Shown here piece after piece: positions 10,292 to 21,480 of a DNA stretch of 21,761 nt (positions are counted from its first letter, which is position 1; each line of letters begins with the position of its first letter). The position numbers and the translations under genes were made by a program. The notes beneath the pieces were generated by a model. It was not told the DNA's origin. It did not search any database and was given only the letters and a program-made list of their open reading frames with translations. Location of the stretch: positions 1-21,761 of the forward strand of contig CBDDTI010000628.1 of NCBI GenBank assembly GCA_965233585.1, read 5' to 3'. Origin of the DNA: a bacterium (GTDB taxonomy: Bacteria > SAR324 > NAC60-12).

Positions 10292-10565
10292 CAACCCTGG
10301 TCAAAACATCTTGAGACAGTTATGAAAATTAAGAGCGAAAATGCACTTTTAAAATGAAACTCTGAATTGACCTCTTAAATAAGGTTGACAATGTTGTTTT
10401 AGTAAACCATTTCTTTTGTCCCCCTTCCCTCAAGCAATGTTGAGTCTACCGAAAATGACTTGAATGCCTGACATCAACATTGCATCGGGGGGAGGGGAAG
10501 GGAGGAAATACGTCATTTTTACGGGTTTATTGCCTTTATAGTCCCAAGAGTTCTGGCCAGGATTG
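10292..10565. mobile_element. Tc1/mariner-type MITE inserted in the Penelope ORF
   Basis: TA|CAACCCTGGTCAAAACATCTTGAGAC ... GTCCCAAGAGTTCTGGCCAGGATTG|TA. It splits the Penelope linker motif LPYL/GLQS. Confidence 0.8.
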
Positions 10566-11955
10566 TAGCTAAGTAGGGAAGTTGGATAACGATACTTTTC
10601 ATAGGAACTGTAGGACAGGGCTGCTATGCTGATGTCTGTTTTTGTTGAAAACATCATTCATATGATAGTTAATTATACCTTTTGGGCAGCTGTTCTAAAG
10701 GAGTTTTCGAAGATCATTGAGGGCAGATTGTAGCAAGGGGCCAGATGAACAAAGACGGTAGTAGCGATAAGTGAGGGAGCGGATGAGGTTTATTTTTTAC
10801 TTTTGTAGAGTGAAGGAATCCCATTTCCTGAAGAGACTTGTGAGAGTTTTCTTTCGGTAGATGGATGTCATGAAAGTGTTGTTTTCATTACGTGTGACGA
10901 GAATGTCAAAAAAACAGAATTGCATTGCTCTGTTCAAATTCAATGGTAAATTTAACATTGCTATGACAGCTGTTTAAATAGTTTAAAAACTCATTTGCAC
11001 TGTCTTTGTTGTTAAACTTGGTGAACGTGTCATCAACGTACCGATTCCAAAATGAAGGACTAATTTTGGTACAAACAGCAGTGATAAACATGTTGAACTT
11101 GTACATTTTGTACATTTTGTGCTGTTTGTGTCTTATTTCTGATCAAGTTACGATGACCCAAAAACAAAAGTATTTACGATAAAATGCAAATATGTTTTGT
11201 ATAATAAGGGCATCATCCCAAACTCAATCTCTGCGTATGATCATCTATCTTGCGAGGAATACGGAGAAGGGAGGAGGAGTATTGATGTCAATCATACTTC
11301 CCAACTTGAAGCATTTATTTATTTGTCCGATTCCGATTCCGGTTCCGTTTCCGGTTGTGGATTCCGGATCCGGATTTCATGGTTTTCATACGCCCTTCAG
11401 CAAAAACCGTTTAGAATACAAGTAACGACTAAATTTAAATCTAAGATAAGGAACTAATTAACAATAACAATGCATGACATGAATTTCAGGGTAGAATATA
11501 TTAGGCCGCTGAGGGGCCAAGACGGAGGACTTTTCAGAAAGTCTATGACAGAAGCTGAGAAAAACTTGCATATAAAAAATGCAAACTAATACGGATAAAG
11601 CTTTTCGCTGCTGACAGTAACGTTTAGGGTAGGTTTGAGTCTGGAATTAGCAGTCTCCGTTATCTTGTAGTGAGTATCAGACCTTTGCTAATATCTCAAA
11701 GTGGTCCCATTTTAAGTTGTGACCAGTTGACGTGACGTGGTCTGCGATTGCAGGTACAGTTTTAGTAAGATACTAGTTAAGTAGAGCATGGTGTAATGGC
11801 TCTTATTATATACTCAACAAAATATCTTGTTTCTGATTGGCCAATGGCGAATGCATAAATAGGTAATAGAGTACAATCCAGGTTATAGAGAGCAATACGG
11901 AAGTTGCTATGGAAACACCGGGGAAGCGCCAAATTTGAACACCAAAGTGAAAAAA

Positions 11956-12475
11956 ATGGCTGACAGTTGGTTTGCTTTGTCAAACCAAACATCGTTGAGC
12001 AACTTACAGAAAATGCGATAAACAAAAACACGTTGAAAGCTACAGAGACCTAGTTGAATGCGGTCTGGGCGATTGAAAGTAAACTAAACCCGAAACTGGA
12101 AGAATACGAGCACGAACAACTGGATAAAATGTTACAAATCTTCTACACAGAAATACGTACTAAAGACGGGTTTGAGAACGAAATGTCCTGTTGGCTTGCT
12201 GAAGCAGTACCTTAACAGACGTCCTCAAGAGCTACGAGACAAAGGTCCTTTTTACCCTGCCATAATTGAGAACCCTAAAACAAATGTCTGGTGCCAGAAA
12301 CAGCGGCTCAGTGTAAACAGCATCGATAATATGGTGAAGGGGGGTTATCAAGAATACGCCTCTGGAAACAAGTAAGAAGAAATTGACTAACCACACCGCA
12401 AGCAAGACAGTTGTGAAGAAACTCCGAGGAGCAAGTGTCGAGAGGCAGTCGATAATCCAAGTGACCGGCTACGCA
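11956..12475 (+). pseudogene. Decayed Crypton-type tyrosine recombinase (DUF3504 / ZMYM-KCTD1-related family)
   Basis: Across frameshifts: MADSWFAL..EQLTENAINKNTLKATET*LN...LDKMLQIFYTEIRTKDG, an internal deletion, then CPVGLLKQYLNRRP...GPFY...W..KQRLSVNSIDNMVK and KKKLTNHTASKTVVKKLRGASVERQSIIQVTGY. This is the H-x-x-R and TGH region, mutated. A CCAAT-type upstream segment starts at about 11803. Confidence 0.85.
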
Positions 12476-13546
12476 AGACTTGAGTGAGCTGCACTACCCC
12501 TGAACCACGTTAAATGTGACTTGACAGTTCAGTGAAAGTTGTTCACGGTCAAAGCATGGCCACTTGTGTTCACTTGCTCAGACGTTGAAGTCGTTGGAGG
12601 AAAGATCAAGAGAACTGCTGGAAGCACAGGGGGCCCGCACAATCTGTCTGGGTAGCCGATTGTTATTTTATAGTAAATGTACTAGATTTACCGTTTGCCT
12701 CACCTATAGCCATATATCGTTAACTGTGTATATAAATCAATGATAAATAAACGTTGAATTACCTCACCTGTGGTGTATAGTCGTCCTATAATCAAAATTC
12801 GATTCGAATGCATAGCGAGATCCTCATGTGCCAGCCACAAACCGTCACGCTGATTTCCCCTTTCTGATTGGACGACGGTCTAACGTCGTCCAATCAGAAA
12901 GGGGCAATCAGCTTGACGGTTTGTGGCTGGCACGTGAGGATCTAGCTACGCATTACACTCGCTCGAATACTGTGGGATTTTCATTTTCTTCGAGGGCTAG
13001 CTCCAGGCAGTTTGGATGGATTTTCCATTGGAAGGTACGAGAAGAATCGTGAATCTTTAGACCTTCATGCTGCGAAGTTTGAAAGCGGAGCGATGCGTTT
13101 TGGGGGGAAAAATCGCCCCGGCGCTGGAACCCTTTCAAAACAAGGTTTCCACCCTTGTCTCTCTATTATAAAGAACAGTCAACGGCGAACTCAAATTCAT
13201 TCAAAATCGCTCAAAAAACCGCTTTTGAGGCAAAAGGACGACTATACACCACAGGTGAGGTAATTCAACGTTTATTTATCATTGATTTATATACACAGTT
13301 AACGATATATGGCTATAGGTGAGGCAAACGGTAAATCTAGTACATTTACTATAAAATAACAATCGGCTACCCAGACAGATTGTGCGGGCCCCCTGTGCTT
13401 CCAGCAGTTCTCTTGATCTTTCCTCCAACGACTTCAACGTCTGAGCAAGTGAACACAAGTGGCCATGCTTTGACCGTGAACAACTTTTACTGAACTGTCA
13501 AGTCACATTTAACGTGGTTCAGGGGTAGTGCAGCTCACTCAAGTCT
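12476..13546. repeat. 1071-bp foldback: 312-bp near-perfect inverted arms enclosing a second 148-bp palindrome
   Basis: 12476-12787 versus the reverse complement of 13235-13546: one mismatch found by eye. Inner imperfect palindrome at 12807-12954, centred on CTGATTGGACGACG..CGTCGTCCAATCAG. No TSD seen. Confidence 0.95.
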
Positions 13547-13691
13547 GTAAATTACTGAGGCCGGTTGAGATTGAAGAATTGAAAACAGATTTGCGGACTT
13601 TTGCCGCCTTTAATAACTGAAAATTTAGCTTTCGAGATATTTTCTAATTTTTTGCAAAATCCTTCAAAACCTTCACTCTTGATTTCCCTGT

Positions 13692-13942
13692 CACAACATT
13701 ATATTTTTGATTGGTTCAAATAAAACATGTGCGCATATTGGAAACCATTGAAACGTTTTATGTAGTACGCAACGCGTATTAAGTAGCGCGTTTGAGTAAT
13801 TTTGTTGAGAATATAAATTATAAATAAAAAATCGTATGAACCTGCTCGTGTATTTTACTGCTCGTGCAACTTTGAGAACTTTCAAAACATCACTCGTGCC
13901 CATAAATCACGAAAGGTACTCGCGTTCATACGATTTCTTATA
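13692..13942 (-). mobile_element. Small hairpin-type repeat (putative non-autonomous Crypton-like)
   Basis: Inverted arms AAATCGTATGAAC (13829-13841) / GTTCATACGATTT (13924-13936) at one end, and TGATTGGTT at about 13708 at the other. Same layout as 14053-14360 and 18691-19058. Confidence 0.5.
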
Positions 13943-14052
13943 CATATACCATGATGGCTATTAGCTAAGCCAATGAAAATTGTGTGGTTTCTCTCGAATT
14001 GCATTATCCAATGATCCAGTTTTTAGTAATTGTTAAATATTGAATATTGTTA

Positions 14053-14360
14053 ATTAGTATATACTAAAACAGTAGATAGTGTTAAACGCGCGCGCTGATT
14101 GGCTCGTCGAACTCCGAATATCCTGCACTATTTACCTCCGAGCAACTTGGGAAAAATGGCGTCGCGGTTTGTATCGGTGGCAAGTGAAGAAATCATCCAA
14201 AATTAGTTGTTTGTGATGCATTTTATCTGACTGTTTTAGTATATACTAAAACAACTATTCACCTCAGTGTCGGTGGCTAGCGTTGGATATTTACCTCGCC
14301 GCTTCGCGGCTCGGTAAATATCCACCACTAGCCACCTCCACTTCGGTGAATAGTTGTTAA
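14053..14360. mobile_element. 308-bp hairpin-type dispersed repeat, copy 1 (putative non-autonomous Crypton-like)
   Basis: Near-identical inverted copy at 17986-18293. Terminal hairpin of about 110 bp (AACAACTATTCACC...GGTGAATAGTTGTT), two TTAGTATATACTAA palindromes, and GCGCGCTGATTGG. Confidence 0.85.
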
Positions 14361-14835
14361 TTAGTTACTTCGATTCTCGGGACAAGGCCCTGCCGGCTAA
14401 GAAATGAGAAAAGGGCTCTGGGAACGAGAATGACTGATTCCCAGAATGATTGAGAGACTGAGGCCTAGTGTAATTATTATAATGCAAAAATGGCGGCCTT
14501 CATGTAATCATAGTTAGTAGTCTCCTCTACTAACTTTGATGTAATTTACAGTCGAAGACTTCGTCACTGGGTTATAAAGGTAAGAGAGTCTATAAGAATG
14601 TCTTTTTCATGTCCACCTAAGTTATAGAACACAGTGTCACGTCTTTCCATCTCACTGAAAACAGCAAAGATGGTGTCTGTGTTTTATGATGAAGAATACC
14701 GTAGACGTTAGTGCCGGGGGGAAGGAAGGCCCAAGGTCTCTGTATTTTCTATCTTTCCTAATGATTCAGGGAACTAAAACTATGATAGAAAAGCGCGGAG
14801 CGATTGCAGAATACCCCGGCCCACCCATTACATGT

Positions 14836-15207
<372 letters not shown>

Positions 15208-15405
15208 TTACATGTGTCGGTGTGCTTTGAAGAACGAGGTCTATAACAACAGTTGCTATTCTTATTCTATGAGATGCAAATAAGTGGCGGGGTATTCTGC
15301 AATTTAGCCAAAAGCGCTTGTCTTATGGAAAGAATCAAGCACATCGATCAAATGTTTTTAACTGTTATGGTCACTTGGGAAAGACTATCAGGCACATTAA
15401 ATGTT

Positions 15406-15752
15406 GGATCATGTGTGCTCAGTAAGGCAACCGAGGTCAAGTGTCGGTTGATACCCACGACTGATACCCTCAATCAACTCTCAGTCGACCCTCCAGCGAC
15501 ACTCCATCTACACTCCATCAGCATCTTGGTCAACAGTCGGTTGACTTTTTTTGACTAATTTTTGATAATTTGATGCATATGTGTCTGTTGACACTCAGCT
15601 GACTATCTCTGACAATTGATCGAGATTGTATCATAGAGAGTCAGCCAAGTATAGATTGGGATGTGGATCAAGTACCTATCAAGATGTCAGTCAAGGGTAT
15701 CGATTGAGGGTATCGATCAACAGTCGATCATGGATGCTGTTAGTATGTAATC
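15406..15752. mobile_element. Decayed MITE rich in GTCGAT/ATCGAC motifs
   Basis: GGATCATGTGTGCT..AAGGCAACCGAGGTCAAGTGTCGGTTGATACCC is a degenerate inverted match to GGGTATCGATCAACAGTCGATCATGGATGCTGTTAGTATGTAATC. Confidence 0.5.
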
Positions 15753-17985
15753 TTTTGAACTGTTTTGATTCCCAATGATTTTACACTCTTTTCTTTGCAA
15801 GGATATAATATTTAGAGTATTCTTCTTGCACTGTCACGTAATTAAAAAATAATTCGAAAACCATTTAGTGTATAAAGTCAAGAAATTATAATGTCATAGG
15901 TGATAAATAAATTAGACACTTCTCCAAGTGTTAGGTCTGTCGAAATGTTTTGCACAAATTTACAGAGCCCAGTATAGAGCCACCATGTTGATGTACCTCA
16001 AGGGGCACCAACATGGCGGCTGGAAAATAGTGAACACATCTGGAACTTACTTTGGTTATCTAGGCCACTGATTATCTGAACTGATCAAGGAAAGATTTAA
16101 ATAAGCACTTTTCCTACTACTTTGACTTCTAAAGGGCTAAAAATCCCGAGATATAAAGTATATATTTCTCAACAAACAAGTTCTCTAAGCTTTACATGTA
16201 TGTTATGCACCGCCATAACTATGAAATTTAAAATGTGTCTGTTTTTAGAAGAAGCAAGTTATTGAGCTGAAACGCTGTTCACAGAAATAAATTTACCCCC
16301 TTTCATGCCCGGTGAAGATAGTAACTTTAAACTCGGGGCTCAAAGTTAACGACCAAAATGTTTGGTCGCACCACTTCGACTTCAAAGCCAAGTACAGTGC
16401 GATTTCTCTGGTGCTGACCATACTAACATACAACTGTACTCCGCTTTATAAATATAAATTTAAACATAGATATAACACAACCAGGCACCAAATAATAAGG
16501 TTGCATCATTTTCCTTCCATTGGTGTGTGTTCTATTCGTCATTGTTTAGCCTAATTTCACAGTGGATTGAGCCCCAAACTCAAACTTTCATTTCTTCCCT
16601 CGTTCTGTTTTGTAAACAACTCCACTGACACATGCAAATGAAGGAATAAAGCATGTGCTTCATAGTGCAGTCAAGTGCTAGGCACTTCAAGCAAAAAGCA
16701 TGGAGACTGGGAATAAGATTAAATGGTGGTCTCCCTCTTCGGGAACACAAAATACTGTGTTTTGTAAAGAAAGCTCTGTTTTCACTTGTCTGACATACAA
16801 AAATGTCCAACATTTTCAGAACGGGCCAGTCTATGAATTCTATGGCTTAAAGGCTAGCCAAATGAACTAAGTTTGCGCTAGTTCTCACGAATACTCACAT
16901 GTTGAAAAAATTTAAAAGAATCTTCATGAACAGAATTGAACAACAAGCAGTTGCGATAGTGATGATAGTCAACAAAGCGATTTCAGTAGTTACTTGGTAT
17001 CTAAGCTTATCTCTTGTGTGAAATATCCTGATTCTTGTATTTGTTTTCATTGTGTTCAATACTGCTAGAATAGATCCATATTGCAACACAAAGCCTGAGT
17101 CGCTCTTTCTGTAGCATAAGTTTTCTTTTGGAGTAGGTGCTCCAAATATTTGAAACTGGGTGTCTAAGATTTTCAACTAAGTGCCTAAGATTTCGGCATT
17201 GCACCTAAAATTTTACTCCTGGTCGCACAAGTGCTCCCAAAGCCAAAAATAAACTTTGAGCCCTGTTTAGTTGCTCTTTAGTTTTGGATTTTAGAAAATG
17301 ATGATGTCACATGCAACCCAAGAATCTAGGTTGAAATTTGTGAAATCTTAAGAACATTTAAAGAATAAACCTGAGGCTCAAATTTTGAAAAGAATATAAT
17401 TTTGTGTTTTGAAAATTTGTAAATACAATACAATTAGATGTTTTTAACTAGACACTCTGAATTAAAATTGCCGTCTTTTCTCTGAATGGTAAAAAGCAAC
17501 ACAAAGAGCACTTGCAGCTGTGTATTCAATGCTAACATTTTTGGAAGATGCTTTGTGTGTCATGTCAGACTTCAATGCCTGCAGGACATTCAGGCTGGCT
17601 CCAAACTTACTTTAACACCATCCAGACACCAAATCCATTCAAAAACAGAAAATAATTAAATGTCATATGCTGTGTTCTAAGAATATTTGAACAAGAATAT
17701 TGGTGGAAAAGCAAGAATATTCAGCCTTGGCCAGGAAAACAATATTCGACATATAAAAGGAGTGTGTGGGGTGCAGGCCATGGGTAAAATGCAGACTGTC
17801 AAGAGAAACGAAAAGTTTACCAAGAGTGTACGGTAGCTCAAGGAAAACTGTGAGTTTCGAGGAACAGACAATGTCCAAGGACAAATATCCAGGAATATTT
17901 TCATGCCGAATAGAGGCTATTGTGTTTATTATGCTTCAAATCAGTCTTTATTGCAGCTTGCACAGTTTTTAAAATTGGGGAATAT

Positions 17986-18293
17986 TTAACAACTATTCAC
18001 CGAAGTGGAGGTGGCTAGTGGTGGATATTTACCGAGCTGCGAAGCGGCGAGGTAAATATCCAACACTAGCCACCGACACTGAGGTGAATAGTTGTTTTAG
18101 TATATACTAAAACAGTCAGATAAAATGCACCACAAACAATTAATTTTGGATGATTTCTTCACTTGCCACCGATGCAAACCGCGACGCCATTTTTCCCGAG
18201 TTGCTCGGAGGTAAATAGTGCAGGATATTCGGAGTTTGACGAGCCAATCAGCGCGCGCATTTAACACTATCTACTGTTTTAGTATATACTAAT
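17986..18293. mobile_element. 308-bp hairpin-type dispersed repeat, copy 2 (inverted relative to copy 1)
   Basis: Reverse complement of 14053-14360 with scattered substitutions. It splits a GGGGAATAT..ATATTCCCC hairpin of an older repeat (about 17830-18330). Confidence 0.85.
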
Positions 18294-18483
18294 CTCGGAT
18301 ATTCCCCAGTCCTAGCTGGGGAATATTAGACCAAATATTTGATGAGTTATAAATCATATCATTGCCATTAGCAAGTTCTAACTGTAAACAGGCTAACTCG
18401 GGCATTATTCAGGCTAATTGAACTGAACATCTACACTCCTGGTGGCTTGAATAGTGCTCTAGTTTGTCTGAACATTGCTCAGG

Positions 18484-18524
18484 TTGGCCTGAACTGGCCT
18501 GCTTGGCCTGAACTGGCCTGCTTG
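18484..18524. repeat. Tandem 19-bp duplication
   Basis: (TTGGCCTGAACTGGCCTGC)2. Confidence 0.8.
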
Positions 18525-18581
18525 GGTTAGCCTTTTTGTCTCAAGCTCTTTATAATGGAAATGGCAACACCATACAGTTTA

Positions 18582-18690
18582 AAGTCTGCATTTTACCCTC
18601 AGTCTACATTTTGTCCCCAGTCTGCAGCTACAGTCTACATTTACCCTCAGTCTACATTTTTTTCCCAGTCTGCAGCCACAGTCTACATTT
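18582..18690. repeat. Minisatellite-like array of CAGTCT(G/A)CA units
   Basis: Seven AGTCTRCA cores separated by TTTTACCCTC-like or GCYAC spacers. A related inverted unit GGTAAAATGCAGACTG lies at about 17783. Confidence 0.75.
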
Positions 18691-19058
18691 AAGAAATAGA
18701 AAACACGTACTGTTTTTCTATCGAGTTATAGAAACACAAGTGGAAGTTTGGAAGAACGAGAAATGCTGTTGGAACACGAGCCGCAGGCGAGTGTTTCCAC
18801 AGCTTTTACGAGTTCTCCCAAACTTTCGCAAGTGTTTCTATAACTCCATAGAAACACAGAGTACCTGTTTTCTATTTCTTTTAGAAAACACCGGAACAAG
18901 AAAAACAGAAACAACTTGTTAACTTTAATTATCAAAATGTAAATTCTCTTTACTTGCGCCATCATGTCAACAGCTGGTGCTAGTTCTATGTCTCCGTCGA
19001 GTTATAGAAACACTATTTTCAATCAATCAGCGCACATATTTTTCTAGGACTGTTTTCA
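18691..19058. mobile_element. Hairpin-type small repeat (putative non-autonomous Crypton-like)
   Basis: 190-bp imperfect hairpin at 18691-18880 with apex CGAGCCGCAGGCGAG, followed by GCGCCAT, a third TCGAGTTATAGAAACAC copy and CAATCAGCGC. Confidence 0.7.
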
Positions 19059-19218
19059 AAATTCTATTGAAACTGCAATGGTGCTCTCATTAGTTTAAAC
19101 AGTGTACTTAGGGAGAGTACAATAATAAATAAGAAATAATAATGTATATGTATATGTAAATTCTGGATACTTAGGTAGAACAATTTTTCAAGAGCGCTCA
19201 ACTTAACAGGAGCAGTAA

Positions 19219-19709
19219 ATATTATTTTGCTGATGCAGTTCCAGGCTTCAAATGGTACTCATCGCTTTCTTTGCTACAGTAAATAAATGTTAGGCAATAT
19301 CACTTCCATGATGTGGCAAGTATAAAAAAATTTCACTGAAGGAAAGTGTTAAAATATTAAGGAGTTTAGGTCAAAATGAGGAATATGTTTGCCTGTCATT
19401 AAATGAGATGTTGGCATGGTAATGGCCTTCATCCAAAAATTGACAACTAAAAAATAAGCCTTATTTCAACAGTATCCATACTGGTAAATCTCTACAGGGA
19501 AAACTTTAAGATAAATTAAGTAAGTTTCCTTTTCTAACTCGCACTCTATAGCGAGGGTGTTCGTAAATACTCTAGGGAGCCACCTTAACGGTCATTCGCT
19601 ATTTTTGCCTGATGAGTGTGGTCACTCTCGACCCAGTACGAAACAGAGCTGTAGCAAATAAAGCGATGAGTACCATCTGAAGCGTGGAACTGCATCAGCA
19701 AAATAATAT
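19219..19709. mobile_element. Unclassified MITE with 61-bp TIRs
   Basis: 19219-19279 versus the reverse complement of 19649-19709, with 3 mismatches. The outermost bases could be a TA TSD. Confidence 0.8.
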
Positions 19710-19719
19710 ATGTATGTGT

Positions 19720-19775
19720 ATAATAATGGAATTTATATGGTGCTTATAGATCGCTGTTCTAAGCGCTTTACAATG
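19720..19775 (-). mobile_element. L2-type LINE/SINE 3' tail remnant
   Basis: Minus strand CATTGTAAAGCGCTTAGAAC...GCACCATATAAATTCCATTATTAT resembles the TGTAAAGCGC...TATATAAAT-(ATT)n L2 end. Confidence 0.55.
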
Positions 19776-20669
19776 TAAAAAAGAACATAAGAATATCATC
19801 AATCACAAGCTTACATATAACCCTGCTGTACATATTGGGAAATTTATAGCATACACATGTTAAAAAGGAAAGAAAACAAAAACAAATATGATGAAACTAA
19901 ATGTCATATGCACCCAGCTTACAAATAATAACAAATGTTCATGCCATCATCAGCCATTTTTTGCATTTTCAGTCACAGACCTCCCGTTTGCACAAGTCAA
20001 AAGAGAAATACGTGTAGTAACCTCAAAAACAGCACAGCTCTATGAAACATTTAACAAAGTGACACCAAATGATGTGTATTTATTGAAGGAATTCAGATGT
20101 TTTTTTTTCCTGCTCCTGTCACATTGATGACTGCTTTATAACTGACCAAACTGTGGTCAAGCCTTTTTATAGCATATTAATTTTAACAATTACCAGTACA
20201 CATTCAGTCTATAATCAACGCTATAGTTTAAAGCAAAAAAACACTTACACTGATTTTAGCAGTGTATTCTGACAAAAACCACTACGAGTGGTTAAGGTTA
20301 CATGTATCTACAGAATACAGTGCCATGAGAGCTATCCAAATAATTGTCCAAATTGTGGAAATAATGTGCAGTAAAAGTGAATGCTGCTGTTATAATGTGT
20401 TGTTTTTGTTACAAATTCAACGTCAGGGACATGACTTTATAGTGAATTACATGTAACCATGATCAGTTCCCTTTTGTTTATCACCAAAATCTCATGAATG
20501 GGCTACATTATACCTACTTGATCCAGTAACAAAAACTCTGAATTATTTTTCTATTCAGTTTCACAGTTAATCAGTGATATGAAGAGACATGTAAAATTGA
20601 AACAAATTTAAATTCCACAAGACTATATCTCACCTTCAAGATAGTTTTTTCCTTTATTTGACAAATTTA

Positions 20670-20789
20670 AGTTGGTCATTTAAACTGATGTTTACAGAAA
20701 AAGATATTACGAATCTCAAAAAGCAGCCGAGTTAGTCATTTAAACTACATGTAATGTTTACAGAAAAAGATGTTACGAATCTCAAAAAG
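20670..20789. repeat. Tandem duplication of a unit of about 60 bp
   Basis: AGTTRGTCATTTAAACT..ATGTTTACAGAAAAAGATRTTACGAATCTCAAAAAG at 20670 and 20730. Confidence 0.85.
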
Positions 20790-21220
20790 TGACTGATTTA
20801 CAGTATGAATTATTTAGAAAAAACATATCTGCTATTGAAGTCAATAAAAGGTTTCTTAATTTTGTTAATGGATGAAACCACTCAAGGGAATTCTTGCAGG
20901 GAATGCTCATCTTGGAGCTTTTCAGGCAGTCTACCTGTGCTGTTGGTACTTGATTCATTGCAATGGTTGCGATGCTTTTCCTGAGAAATCATGATCCATT
21001 AATTTTCATTGATGCTAGGATGTCCTGTTGTTTCACTGGTTTATGTTTCATGAGGTGAGATAATCTCCTGGAGTGGAGTGAAATGTAAAGTGAATTTATA
21101 GGGTATGCAGATTTGATGAGTTTTCATGAAATTTCACTAAAACATTCTAAGGATAGTGACAAAGTGTGTCAGGAAATGTTGATATTCAGGCACGTAGGAA
21201 GGGGGGGTCCTCAGTAGTAT

Positions 21221-21480
21221 GGGGCGCACCACGGTTTCCCCTTTTTTGTTGTGGTTTCCCATTAATTTGCTGTGGTATCGCTGTGGAATAATTTAACTTT
21301 ACTTAGATCTCTCCGCGCCAGGAGGCGCATAAGGCCGGAATAATTTAACTTGATCTAAAATTTGCTGTGGAATACATTAACGGGAGTGATGTCATAAGTT
21401 ATTGTCCCGTATTCGTAAATAAATTGCTGTGGAATACATTATTATGTTCTGGTCATTACTGCTGTGGTTTCTCATTAACT
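21221..21480. repeat. Probable left end of a Mutator-like element with iterated GCTGTGG motifs
   Basis: Starts GGGGCGCACCACGG, followed by at least five GCTGTGG(AATA/TTTC/TATC) motifs. No partner end in the window. Confidence 0.4.
21300..21336 (-). mobile_element. 37-bp RTE-type retroposon 3' tail with 15-bp TSD
   Basis: GGAATAATTTAACTT at 21285-21299 and 21337-21351. The insert on the minus strand is GGCCTTATGCGCCTCCTGGCGCGGAGAGATCTAAGTA, with a GCGCC/GGCGC stem-loop and a TAAGTA tail. Confidence 0.7.

Larger units (their letters stand above)
9703..11070 (-). pseudogene. 5'-truncated, decayed Penelope-like retroelement (reverse transcriptase C-terminus + GIY-YIG endonuclease)
   Basis: The minus strand reads FWNRYVDDTF...FLNYLNSCHSNVKFTIEFE...DILVTR...TSIYRKKT (RT) and SGVIYRANCWDCNGFYIGKTKRRLHDRKTEH...SAIADHIKATGH...KIKEALFIQEL...NVNVGSEKLMLY* (stop at 9838-9840). 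Multiple frameshifts and stops. Confidence 0.93.
8513..11395. mobile_element. Mutator-like (MULE) non-autonomous element with long TIRs; right TIR interrupted
   Basis: GGGCGTATGGAAAACC ... GGTTTTCATACGCCC with (CCGGAAT)-like repeats. 8513-8681 pairs with about 11230-11395, 8739-8783 with 11186-11230, and 8778-8833 with 9600-9655 (50/56). Flanks share only a degenerate TSD (TTCAGAA / TTCAGCA). Confidence 0.7.

Noticed and set aside
8456..11457. Similar ORFs 8456-8701 (-) and 11192-11425 (+) suggesting duplicated genes
   Set aside because: They are translations of the two TIRs of the MULE-like element.
14371..14432. GGGCTCTGGGAACGAGAATG end resembling the 7307-7994 family
   Set aside because: Only one intact end and no matching TSD, so it cannot be delimited as an element.
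15812..16430. Probable old dispersed repeat containing CCAACATGGCGGC
   Set aside because: It looks repeat-like, but I could not pair termini or find a TSD.
17130..17265. hAT-like terminus CAGGGCTC on the minus strand
   Set aside because: No partner end or 8-bp TSD found.
20936..21068. Possible minus-strand exon (CTCCAG| ... ACAG|GTAGAC)
   Set aside because: All three frames contain stops and there is no recognisable protein. It could only be non-coding, which cannot be supported here.
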